32,000 nt of DNA from Erysipelotrichaceae bacterium (GCA_963676105.1 OY781039.1:960001-992000); one strand, 5' to 3'. Positions 1-8,897 are shown, counted from the first letter of the stretch. Notes: a model not told the origin generated them from the sequence alone. Numbers and translations are program-made.

Positions 1-750
1 GAAAGCTTCACCTGCAACTTCTGAAGGTGCTTTACATGCTTTCAAGTTTGCCTCAACAACATTTTCAATATAAGTAAAGTCTCTACTTTGCTTTCCATCA
101 CCATTTATTGTCGGTTGCTCACCGGCAAGTAATTGCTTTATAAACTTAGGGATAACTGCAGCATAAGCACCATTCGGGTCTTGTCTTCTTCCAAAGACGT
201 TAAAATATCTTAACCCATAAGTATCTAACCCATAAAGCTTTGAATATAGTTTTCCATATTCTTCATCAACCATTTTTGTCAAAGCATATGGTGATAGTAA
301 ATTCCCTTCTCTGCCTTCTTGTTTGGGGAGATTTGGTTCATCACCATAAACAGAGGAACTTGATGCATAAACAAACTTCTTCACTCCGTTTTGTCTAGCA
401 GCTTCCATCATATTTAGTGTTCCTCGGATATTGATTTCTTCATAAAGCAACGGCATCTCAATGCTTCTAGGAACACTTCCCCAAGCTGCTTGATTAAGTA
501 CATAATCAACACCCTCACAAGCCTTCATGCAAGTATCTAGATCTCTTATATCTCCTTTGATAAAAGTATAATTAGGATTATCAATGAATAAGTCTACATT
601 AGCTTGTTTACCATTAGAAAGATCATCTAGGCATCTTACTTTATAACCTTTAGCTAATAAAACTTCACACAAGTTAGAGCCAATGAAACCTGCTCCACCT
701 GTTACAAGAAAAACACTATCTTGTTCAAATGTTATATTTTCATAACCCAT
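1..750 (-). CDS. NAD-dependent nucleotide-sugar 4-epimerase (WbpP/TviC-like), 3' end beyond window edge
   Basis: Absent from the ORF track because it runs off the window. My translation from ATG (750-748) reads MGYENITFEQDSVFLVTGGAGFIGSNLCEVLL...YASSSSVYG...SPYALTK. This shows a GxxGxxG Rossmann motif and the SDR S...YxxxK catalytic motif. An AGGAAAGG RBS lies upstream. It sits directly downstream of a sugar 6-dehydrogenase, as in wbpO-wbpP and tviB-tviC pairs. Confidence 0.8.
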   Translation of the reverse strand, partial: MGYENITFEQDSVFLVTGGAGFIGSNLCEVLLAKGYKVRCLDDLSNGKQANVDLFIDNPNYTFIKGDIRDLDTCMKACEGVDYVLNQAAWGSVPRSIEMPLLYEEINIRGTLNMMEAARQNGVKKFVYASSSSVYGDEPNLPKQEGREGNLLSPYALTKMVDEEYGKLYSKLYGLDTYGLRYFNVFGRRQDPNGAYAAVIPKFIKQLLAGEQPTINGDGKQSRDFTYIENVVEANLKACKAPSEVAGEAF

Positions 751-768
751 GACATGCACTACCTTTCC

Positions 769-2088
769 TTAAAGTCTCCAGTATTTATATCCTGCTACTT
801 CGTATTCTTTTCTATCTAAGATTCCTTTAATATCAAGCAACACTTTGCTTTCATTAGATCCTTCTTTAAACATCTTATTGAAGTCTTCTTGAGTAAATCT
901 TAAGAACTGGTCATGTCCAACAGCTACAACAATTGCATCGATCTCTTTAATGTCTTCTACTGAATCAAAGTCAATTCCATACTCATTTTTTGCTTCCTCA
1001 GCATCAGCTTCTGGATCTGCAATCATAGGAGTCAATCCATATTCTTTTAGTTCATTTACGATGTCAATAACTCTTGTGTTTCTAGTATCAGGACAGTTTT
1101 CTTTGAATGTGAATCCTAAGATTGCCACTTTTGCATCTTTTACTGGCACATCTGCTTTGATAAGATTTTTAATCAAATTCTCAACAACGTATTTGCCCAT
1201 ATCATCATTGATTCTTCTTCCTGAGAGAATAATTTGCGAATGGTATCCTAGTTGTTCAGCTTTATATGTGAGGTAATAAGGATCTACACCGATACAATGC
1301 CCACCAACTAGTCCAGGGAAGAAGTTTAGGAAGTTCCACTTCGTTCCTGCGGCTTTAAGAACAGCTTTTGTATCAATCCCCATCTTATTGAAAATGATAG
1401 AAAGCTCATTCATAAATGCGATATTGATATCCCTCTGTGAGTTCTCAATAACCTTTGCAGCTTCAGCCACTTTTATAGATTCAGCTCTATGTACTCCGGC
1501 ATCAACAACAAGCTCGTACACTTTCGCAATAATATCAAGAGATTCTTCATCCATAGCTGATACAACTTTTACTATCGTCTCAAGCCTATGTACTTTATCA
1601 CCAGGATTGATTCTTTCTGGTGAATAACCCACCTTGAAATCTTCACCACATTTCATTCCAGACTCTTTTTCAAGAATTGGAATACAGATTTCTTCTGTAA
1701 CACCAGGATAAACAGTAGATTCAAATACAACAATTGAACCTTTAGTAAGATTTTTCCCAACTGTTCTACTTGCAGATTCTACTGGCTTTAAATCAGGTGT
1801 ATGATCAGCATTTACAGGCGTAGGAACTGCAACGATATGAAACTTAGCTTCTTTAAGTTTGGTTTCATCCGCAGTAAACTCAACAGTAGATGCTTTTATG
1901 ACATCATCTCCAACCTCTTTAGTTGGATCGATGCCTTTTTTATATAATTCAACTTTTTCTTTGCTGATATCAAAACCAATAACATCTGCCTTTTTAGCAA
2001 AAGCTACTGCAATTGGCATACCTACATATCCTAGACCAACAAGTGAAATTTTTTCTTCTCTGTTTTTGATTTTTTCGAATAAGTTCAT
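769..2088 (-). CDS. Nucleotide-sugar 6-dehydrogenase (UDP-GlcNAc/UDP-ManNAc dehydrogenase family, WbpO/TviB-like)
   Basis: 439-aa ORF. It has an N-terminal GLGYVGMP Rossmann motif and a catalytic-Cys region GGHCIGVDPYYL, with typical UDPG_MGDP_dh architecture. Confidence 0.85.
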   Translation of the reverse strand: MNLFEKIKNREEKISLVGLGYVGMPIAVAFAKKADVIGFDISKEKVELYKKGIDPTKEVGDDVIKASTVEFTADETKLKEAKFHIVAVPTPVNADHTPDLKPVESASRTVGKNLTKGSIVVFESTVYPGVTEEICIPILEKESGMKCGEDFKVGYSPERINPGDKVHRLETIVKVVSAMDEESLDIIAKVYELVVDAGVHRAESIKVAEAAKVIENSQRDINIAFMNELSIIFNKMGIDTKAVLKAAGTKWNFLNFFPGLVGGHCIGVDPYYLTYKAEQLGYHSQIILSGRRINDDMGKYVVENLIKNLIKADVPVKDAKVAILGFTFKENCPDTRNTRVIDIVNELKEYGLTPMIADPEADAEEAKNEYGIDFDSVEDIKEIDAIVVAVGHDQFLRFTQEDFNKMFKEGSNESKVLLDIKGILDRKEYEVAGYKYWRL

Positions 2089-2106
2089 TTTAACTACTCC
2101 TTCTCA

Positions 2107-3216
2107 CTATATTAATCCCATAGTTTTCATAATAGATTTATTGACTAAATTCACATCATACTTTTCTTCAGCAAGTTTCAAGCTGCGTTCCGCCATAACC
2201 CTATTTGTTTCTTGATCTTCTATTAGGGTTCTCATTTTATCAACTAAACCATTTACGTCTTTAACAGACAAGAGGAACCCATTGTATCCATCTGTGACAG
2301 TTTCTCTACATCCAGGAGCATCACTAGTTATAATTGATCGCCCTATAGCCATTGCCTCTAAGACCGTCTTAGGTGTTCCTTCATGATACGAAGGCAGTAC
2401 ATAAGTACTACATTGTTTTAAATATGGTCTAACGTCGGTCTGCTCTCCAAAATACTCAATAATTCCTTGATCTATGAAAGGCTGCAACTCTTCTGGCTGT
2501 AATGCCGATGGATTGCTATCATAAGGCCCCACAAGCAAACATCTTACTTCAGGATATTCAGCCTTAATTCTCTTACAAGCTTCCAAATACTCCATTACAC
2601 CTTTATCTTTAATTAATCTGCCAATAAACAAAAATGCCGGTGTATCAGGCAACAGTTCAGGCTTAAATTTCTCAAGGTTCACACCTGATCCATTGATAAT
2701 CACGATTTTATCTTCTTTAATAAGTCCGTTATTTATAAATTCATTTTTATCATCATTATTTTGGAAAAACACCTTCTTGCTTGCATTACATGCCAAACGA
2801 TATTCTGTCTTCATTATTGCTTTGATTATTTTGTTTTTAAGCCCTTCTCCCCTGAAAATCGATCCAAGACCTGCTATCAGTGGATATACTTCAGTAATAC
2901 CATTAGCTTTTGCTGCAAGACTTCCATAAACTACAGTTTTTGCTTGGTAAGCAAATATTTTGTCTGGCTTCTCTTCTTTCATAAACTTCTTAAGCTCTCG
3001 ATAAGTCTTTATATCACTAAACGGATTAATACCATTTCGTTCTACAAAGAGCTGTTTATACTGAACACCATATTTCTCAAACTTACCTTTCCAATTTGAT
3101 TCAGGTTCTTGTCCTAAAGCTATGACAGAATGTCCATGTTTTATAAAATCTTTCATCATATCCATACGAAACCAAAATAGTGATGACGTATGGCTTGAGA
3201 GTACAGCTATTTTCAT
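2107..3216 (-). CDS. Glycosyltransferase family 4 (GT-B, group 1)
   Basis: 369-aa ORF. The C-terminal half carries the GT4 signature (...LPSYHEGTPKTVLEAMAIGRSIITSD.PG..E.V.DG.NGFL). Confidence 0.85.
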   Translation of the reverse strand: MKIAVLSSHTSSLFWFRMDMMKDFIKHGHSVIALGQEPESNWKGKFEKYGVQYKQLFVERNGINPFSDIKTYRELKKFMKEEKPDKIFAYQAKTVVYGSLAAKANGITEVYPLIAGLGSIFRGEGLKNKIIKAIMKTEYRLACNASKKVFFQNNDDKNEFINNGLIKEDKIVIINGSGVNLEKFKPELLPDTPAFLFIGRLIKDKGVMEYLEACKRIKAEYPEVRCLLVGPYDSNPSALQPEELQPFIDQGIIEYFGEQTDVRPYLKQCSTYVLPSYHEGTPKTVLEAMAIGRSIITSDAPGCRETVTDGYNGFLLSVKDVNGLVDKMRTLIEDQETNRVMAERSLKLAEEKYDVNLVNKSIMKTMGLI

Positions 3217-3243
3217 ATTGTCAATCCTACTTTCATCACTTAG

Positions 3244-4133
3244 TTACTTCTTTAAATACTGATTCACTTCAAGTTGAATGCCCTCTTCAAAGTTCATCGG
3301 ATTATAGTTGAAATCTTTCTTGGCTTCAGCATGAGGATAACTTCTATCCTCACCCATACGTTGAACTCTTTCTACATAATCTATTTTTCCAAGTGTCAGC
3401 ACCTTGGCAATTTGAGCAAGTACAACCCCAAGTCCTAAAGGAACACTGACAAGTGTTGTTTTCTTATTGAGTTTATCGCTTATCATCTTAAAAACTTCTA
3501 TCATCTGTAGAGGCTTTTCACCTGATAAGTCATAAGCCTTTCCAGCTGTTTTTTCAGGAGATGTCAAAACAGTATAAAATGCTTTTCCTAAATCCCTTGC
3601 ATTTACTGGTTGTATTAAACTTCTCCCACCGTTGATAACCGGCATCATTCTAAATTTATCTATCATCTTAATGAATTTACTCATATTGCTATCACACAGA
3701 TCACCATAAATCATCGTTGGCCTTAGAATAGTAACTTTAGTAGGAGAATTTGATTTTGAAGTCAATTCAGAAACTTTCTTTTCCACATCCTTATATCCTT
3801 GAGAAGCATATTTAAAGTTTGAGTATATTCCTGTTGTATGTACTAAGATTGCTCGCTTTACATTGTTCTCGATAGCTGCTTCTACAATCATCGGTGAATG
3901 ATGGATGTTATAGATGTGCATAATAGCGTCTACTCCTTTGACAGTTTTTCTTATGAACTCCTTGTTGTTGAGATCTCCATAAACCTTCTCAATATTTAAT
4001 CCGCTGTTATCCAACATTGAAGTGTCAGATGTTTCCCTAACAATGCAGCGGATTGGTCTTCATATTTATGATCAATAAGTTCTTGTAAGAAATAGCTGCC
4101 TGTATGTCCTGTAATCCCTGTCACTAATAACAT
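3244..4133 (-). pseudogene. SDR-family NAD(P)-dependent sugar reductase/epimerase split by a 1-nt frameshift
   Basis: The N-terminus MLLVTGITGHTGSYFLQELIDHKYED (ATG 4133-4131, RBS GGGGTGGGAAG) lies in the frame of track ORF 3996..4250. The natural continuation (P)IRCIVRETSDTSMLDNSGLNIEK... is in the frame of ORF 3244..4017. The switch must occur within GAAGACCAATC (about 4050-4060), consistent with loss of one C from GAC-CCA. Confidence 0.7.
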
Positions 4134-4143
4134 CTTCCCACCC

Positions 4144-4767
4144 CTAATGTTTCGCTGACTCTTTATCAGCTTTTTTCGAACCAGTCCCACCTTCAACAAC
4201 ACCATCACTTCTAAGAACACTAAATATCGTCCCAAAGAAGCATCTGACATCCATCATAAACCCAATCTTCTCAGCATACTCTCCATCAAGTCTCGCCTTA
4301 ACATCAATCTCAAGCTCGTCTCTACCATTAATCTGCGCCCAACCTGTAAGACCAACTGGCACGTCATTTGCACCATACTTGTCTCTTTCTTCAATCAAAT
4401 CATATTGATTCCAAAGAGCCGGCCTTGGACCGGTGATGCTCATTTCACCCTTAAAAATATTGATGATTTGTGGTAGTTCATCTAAGCTTGTCTTTCTTAA
4501 GAACTTACCTACCTTCGTAATCCACTGATCAGGATTTTCCAAAAGATGTGTTGGGGTTTCCTTGGGTGTATCAATCCTCATTGTTCTAAACTTCAATATA
4601 TTAAAATGACTCTTTTGGATTCCGACACGTTTTTGTTTGAACAGCACCGGGCCTGGAGAGTCTAGTTTAATCGCTATTATGAGTACTAATAAAACAGGAG
4701 ATAAAATTATAAGACCGAGTGTTGAAAGTATGATATCTATTAATCTTTTGATTTTTAAGTAAACCAT
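4144..4767 (-). CDS. Small phosphoglycosyl transferase (Bac_transf; PglC / WbaP C-terminal type), initiating enzyme
   Basis: 207-aa ORF with a single N-terminal hydrophobic helix. Motifs include PGPVLFKQKRVG, KFRTM, DELPQ and PRP. The RBS is GGCAGGAGGAA. Confidence 0.9.
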   Translation of the reverse strand: MVYLKIKRLIDIILSTLGLIILSPVLLVLIIAIKLDSPGPVLFKQKRVGIQKSHFNILKFRTMRIDTPKETPTHLLENPDQWITKVGKFLRKTSLDELPQIINIFKGEMSITGPRPALWNQYDLIEERDKYGANDVPVGLTGWAQINGRDELEIDVKARLDGEYAEKIGFMMDVRCFFGTIFSVLRSDGVVEGGTGSKKADKESAKH

Positions 4768-5019
4768 GTTTAGTTCCTCCTGCCCTATGTAAATGTATGT
4801 ATGATGTGCTTGAGAGCACTTAATTTTCTTGATCTATATGTAGTGTTTTGATTGATTCTAGGTACTATATCTTGCATAATTCTGTGTTTTGATTGGATGC
4901 TTAGACGTGTAATGCTTCTGTAACATTAGTACATGTGTCTGTTGTTCTGAAACCCTTGATATTACTGACTTACAGCCTGTTTATCCTTTCACCATACTCA
5001 CGTCGTTGTTATAATCCAT

Positions 5020-5349
5020 TCATAAAAAAGGAACTTCATCATCTTCAGTTGATTCATCACAGTACATATGATTATTTGAATAGTAAATTAAATACTTACT
5101 TGTAAACTCACTATAGTTATCATTCAAAAAATCAGTCAATAATAAATCAGAATGATTAACATCGTTTTGAATAAGATGCAATTTGTAGTGGCTTTCAATA
5201 ATTCTACAATTTTTTTCTACTTGAGTTTATTATGCTTTATGTATAAAGGAATAAATACTCGGTATTACTAATAAAGATAAGATTGACATAATTAATATAA
5301 CAACTATTAACACGATTAGCGTAAATCCATTTTTATCTTTTAGAATCAT
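5020..5349 (-). pseudogene. Type IV pilin/pseudopilin-like ORF interrupted by tandem in-frame stops (TAA TAA)
   Basis: My translation is MILKDKNGFTLIVLIVVILIMSILSLLVIPSIYSFIHKA-stop-stop-TQVEKNCRIIESHYKLHLIQNDVNHSDLLLTDFLNDNYSEFTSKYLIYYSNNHMYCDESTEDDEVPFL-stop. It spans 110 codons in a single frame, with stops at 5232-5227. The leader K-x-G/FTLI plus a ~22-aa hydrophobic helix resembles a class III (prepilin) signal, but Glu+5 is Val. No clear RBS. It falls below the ORF-track length cut-off. Confidence 0.35.
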
Positions 5350-5358
5350 CAGTATTTT

Positions 5359-7179
5359 TTACTTTATTGAAGGAACAAGTTGTTTTAAAGATTGTTTTAA
5401 ATAATCAGTATTAAAGAGATCAGAGTGCAAACTATCAATCACTTTTAAAACATCACGATGAGTGATATCTTGTGCTTGAGCTATAAAGATTCCTTCTTGT
5501 TTTGTTGATTGAAGACCTTCTTCTTCTAAAAGAAGTTCTTCATATAGTTTCTCACCAGGTCTTAAACCAATGGTTTCAATCTTTATATCAACATTAGGTG
5601 TAAACCCTGATAACTCGATTAATTGCTTAGCGAGATCTAATATTTTTACAGGTTCTCCCATATCTAAGACAAATATCTCTCCCCCCTTAGCCATAGATCC
5701 TGCTTGAATCACAAGTCTACTTGCTTCAGGTATAGTCATGAAGTATCGCGTAATATCAGGATGAGTTATGGTAACTGGACCCCCTGCCTTTATTTGTTCT
5801 TTAAAAAGTGGAATAACAGAACCATTAGAACCTAATACATTACCAAATCTTACAGCTACAAATTCTGTCTGTGATTCCTTGTTTAGGGATTGAATGATTA
5901 GTTCTGCAACACGTTTTGTTGCACCCATGATATTAGTGGGATTAACAGCTTTATCTGTTGATATAAGAATAAACTTTGTGGTGTTAAATTCATTGGCACA
6001 GTTCGCAACATTTAATGTTCCCATAACATTATTTTTAATAGCTTCCGAAGGATTCTCTTCCATAAACGGCACATGTTTATGAGCAGCCGCATGAAAGACG
6101 ATATGGGGTTGATAAGTTTCAAATATTAAGTCTAATCGTTTTTTATCTCTAACACTTGCGATAATAACTTTTACATTAAGCAAAGGATATTTACGTTTAA
6201 GTTCTTGTTGTAAATCATATGCATTATTTTCATAGATATCTAATATTAAAATTTGTTTTGGAGTATATGGTATAAGTTGTCTAATTATCTCTGAGCCTAT
6301 TGATCCTCCTCCACCAGTAATTAAAACAACCTTATCTTCAATAAATGATTTAATACCAGAAATATCGAGTTTAACTTCATCTCTTCCAAGTAAATCCGTA
6401 ATATCAATATCTCTAAGTTGACTTAATTCAATTTTCCCAGATAATAAATCAGATAAATTAGGAAGTGTTTTAACAGGCACTCCTGATATTTGTGCCAGTT
6501 GTGTAATTTCTTTAAGTCTAGTTTTATTAGCAGATGGAATCGCAATGATAATTTGTTGAAGCTCTTCAATCTCACAAACTTTTTCTATGTCTTTAATCAT
6601 GCCTTTTATAGGAACACCATGAATTGATGTATCTTGTTTCCACTGAGCATCATCCAAGATTGCAATGGGTAAAAACTTACTGTCACTATTATTTAATAAC
6701 TCCTTAATTAAATTAGCACCTGCATCACCTGCACCTATGATCAAAGTTCTTAGCTTATCTTTATGACTATCTGAGTTTTTAATCGCTCGATTAACACGTA
6801 CAATTCGATAAGTAAAGCGTGTACCACCAATCAAGAAAATGGATAATATACCAGTTAGTAAAAGTACAGATCGTGGAATATTAGTTCCTAGCCCCCAGAA
6901 AACCACATAAGTTAAAAGTGTGGATAATGTTGACGACCAAAATATTCCCATCAATTCTTGAATAGACGCATAACGCCACATTTTTCGATAGAGCCCAAAA
7001 AGGATATTATTTACTAAGTATATAGCCACTATAACTAACACATTATCGAAATATTGAACAGAATAATTGCCTAAATTTCCATCAAATCGAAATAAGTATG
7101 CAGCAAAAAAAGCACTAGAAACCAAAATTGTATCAAGTGTTATTAATATACTTTTTCTGACTGTAGAATTCATGACCAT
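5359..7179 (-). CDS. Membrane-anchored CapD/PglF/WbpM-type polysaccharide biosynthesis protein (UDP-GlcNAc 4,6-dehydratase family)
   Basis: It has four N-terminal TM helices followed by two Rossmann-like regions (IIGAGDAG; VLITGGGGSIGSE), then HAAAHKHVP and STDKAV. The track start 7218 is a TTG. I prefer the ATG at 7179 (MVMNST...), which is preceded by GGGGGAAAAAGG. Confidence 0.9.
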   Translation of the reverse strand: MVMNSTVRKSILITLDTILVSSAFFAAYLFRFDGNLGNYSVQYFDNVLVIVAIYLVNNILFGLYRKMWRYASIQELMGIFWSSTLSTLLTYVVFWGLGTNIPRSVLLLTGILSIFLIGGTRFTYRIVRVNRAIKNSDSHKDKLRTLIIGAGDAGANLIKELLNNSDSKFLPIAILDDAQWKQDTSIHGVPIKGMIKDIEKVCEIEELQQIIIAIPSANKTRLKEITQLAQISGVPVKTLPNLSDLLSGKIELSQLRDIDITDLLGRDEVKLDISGIKSFIEDKVVLITGGGGSIGSEIIRQLIPYTPKQILILDIYENNAYDLQQELKRKYPLLNVKVIIASVRDKKRLDLIFETYQPHIVFHAAAHKHVPFMEENPSEAIKNNVMGTLNVANCANEFNTTKFILISTDKAVNPTNIMGATKRVAELIIQSLNKESQTEFVAVRFGNVLGSNGSVIPLFKEQIKAGGPVTITHPDITRYFMTIPEASRLVIQAGSMAKGGEIFVLDMGEPVKILDLAKQLIELSGFTPNVDIKIETIGLRPGEKLYEELLLEEEGLQSTKQEGIFIAQAQDITHRDVLKVIDSLHSDLFNTDYLKQSLKQLVPSIK

Positions 7180-7292
7180 TTCCTTTTTCCCCCATTTCAA
7201 ATATAGCTTCGCCCACAAACATCTAAAAATGCAGTTAACTAATGCTATAAACCATGAAAGTCACTAACATGCCTAATGCAATGATTAATGAC

Positions 7293-7811
7293 TCACACTT
7301 GTTTTGATAATACTTCTAAACTCAATTGTATAACTTGCTTTTGTCCTAGAAAATCAAATTCTAGATAAGCTAGTCGTTTATGTCGATCTATCTTGATAAT
7401 CTGGCTTTCTTTACCAATTAAGGGACCTTCTGTAATGAGTACTTTATCATTAACTTTCAAACCCTTTGATGTTTCTACAATATTATCTTTATTACATAAA
7501 CTTTGAATGAACTCTTTTTCTTCTGGCCATAAAGCTTCGGCATTTGATTTATGTTTTAATACTTTTATTACACCTTCTAAAGGGTTTAATACTTTTGAAT
7601 AAAATTCATAGAAATGTGAATAGTTTTTTTCAGTTTCAATAAAAATATAACCTGGAAATAATGGAACATTTTTATGGTATGAACCACTTCTATTTTTAAA
7701 GATTTTGACACGTTTGGGATAGAAAATTTTATAAGATGAGTCTTGAGATGCCTCTATTGAAATCTTTTCCTCATATCCCCTAAATACCTGAATAACATAC
7801 CATTTTTTCAT
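7293..7811 (-). CDS. Specialised NusG paralog (NGN + KOW domains), LoaP/UpxY/RfaH-like operon antiterminator
   Basis: 172 aa. The NGN-like N-terminus is KWYVIQVFRGYEEKI. The C-terminal KOW is LKVNDKVLITEGPLIGKESQIIKIDRHKRLAYLEFDFLGQKQVIQLSLEVL. It is embedded in a polysaccharide operon. Confidence 0.8.
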   Translation of the reverse strand: MKKWYVIQVFRGYEEKISIEASQDSSYKIFYPKRVKIFKNRSGSYHKNVPLFPGYIFIETEKNYSHFYEFYSKVLNPLEGVIKVLKHKSNAEALWPEEKEFIQSLCNKDNIVETSKGLKVNDKVLITEGPLIGKESQIIKIDRHKRLAYLEFDFLGQKQVIQLSLEVLSKQV

Positions 7812-7826
7812 AAACCAGATTAAGAG

Positions 7827-8750
7827 TTAGACAAGCACTTTCTCACTTTTCCAATACTGAATAAAAAACACTATAAATGTACCTATCATTGCACCTAAAA
7901 CAAGTCCAATAGCCGTATTTAAAAGTAAACCATTATCAATTGGTTCTACTGGTTCACTAATATTTACAGGCAAAGTAATGGTACCTTTTAAAACATTTAA
8001 TTTATCATTGTATTGATTGAGTTGTGCGATTTTATTTAATTCTTCAATATCTGCTTGATAAGTAAGTATTGTAGTTGTAATTTGAGAGTCTCTTAAAGCT
8101 AAATCACTTTCTTGATTTAATACCAAGTAATATAAATGATTATCTGCAGATTCTAATTCACTTACACCTTCATGATAAGTTAATGTTTCTTTATATGCAT
8201 TTAATGAAATAATTTCTGTTCGTAGTGCATTTTGTTCAGAGTATAAACTATCAATCTGAGATTCTCTTTGGGCTATTAATGAATCAACAGCTAGCTGTTG
8301 ATATCTTTCTTCTAAAACTGTTTTAAAACTTTCTAACCATATTTGATGAATTTGAACAGATAATGATGAATCTTCATATTGAACAGAAGTATTAACTAAA
8401 TTAACACCATTGTTTACATCATAAGTGGAGTCTAAATAATCGTTTAATTCTACTCTACTTATGTTTAAACTAAGTGAATCGATAACTTTATCTAGCACTT
8501 CATTATCTGTTAAATAGATTGTATAGTCCGCAACTTTCGTTGATGGTAACTTATAAGTTCCATATTGTGTTTCTACATTCACTGGAATTGTAATATTAAA
8601 ATAACTATTGGATTCATATAATACTGGTTTAAATCCTAATGTAAAAACAATGGCAGCAATTGTTGTTAGAACTGTAATCCCAACAATCCATTTCCAACCT
8701 TTTATTAATATAATAATTAGTTCTTTTAAACTAATTTCTTCATAATCCAT
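7827..8750 (-). CDS. Wzz/CpsC-type polysaccharide co-polymerase (chain-length determinant)
   Basis: It has an N-terminal TM (WKWIVGITVLTTIAAIVF) and a C-terminal TM (LLLNTAIGLVLGAMIGTFIVFFIQYW) flanking a long coiled extracytoplasmic region. The ATG at 8750 has better spacing to the GGGGG RBS than the track start at 8756. Confidence 0.7.
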   Translation of the reverse strand: MDYEEISLKELIIILIKGWKWIVGITVLTTIAAIVFTLGFKPVLYESNSYFNITIPVNVETQYGTYKLPSTKVADYTIYLTDNEVLDKVIDSLSLNISRVELNDYLDSTYDVNNGVNLVNTSVQYEDSSLSVQIHQIWLESFKTVLEERYQQLAVDSLIAQRESQIDSLYSEQNALRTEIISLNAYKETLTYHEGVSELESADNHLYYLVLNQESDLALRDSQITTTILTYQADIEELNKIAQLNQYNDKLNVLKGTITLPVNISEPVEPIDNGLLLNTAIGLVLGAMIGTFIVFFIQYWKSEKVLV

Positions 8751-8782
8751 AATCATCCCCCTATGTGATTTAAAACATTGTT

Positions 8783-8791
8783 ATTATAACA
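8783..8791 (-). promoter_or_regulatory. Candidate extended -10 promoter element (TGtTATAAT) for the polysaccharide operon
   Basis: The minus strand reads TTGTTATAATAAC about 30 nt upstream of the wzz-like start. No convincing -35 element was found. Confidence 0.3.
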
Positions 8792-8897
8792 AATTAAGAT
8801 ACTTTATACATATAAAGAATTAACAAATATTTTGTTCAAATTATTCTGTATTATCATATAAATTTAGAATTAATTGTAAAATTTTAGCCTAATCACC

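Noticed and set aside
950-3099. Plus-strand track ORFs 950-1276, 1388-1627, 1859-2215, 2693-2929 and 2761-3099
   Set aside because: All lie antisense inside well-supported minus-strand enzyme genes. Their Ser/Phe/Ile-rich composition is low-complexity, as expected for the reverse complement of AT-rich coding DNA. None has an RBS.
3996-4250. 84-aa ORF overlapping the 3' end of the sugar transferase gene
   Set aside because: Only its last 45 codons, from the ATG at 4133, are real: they form the Rossmann N-terminus of the frameshifted SDR gene. The first 39 codons are read-through of the opposite frame of the transferase gene.
5894-7267. Plus-strand ORFs 5894-6082 and 7067-7267
   Set aside because: They lie antisense to the CapD-type gene and its start region, with no RBS or recognisable motifs.
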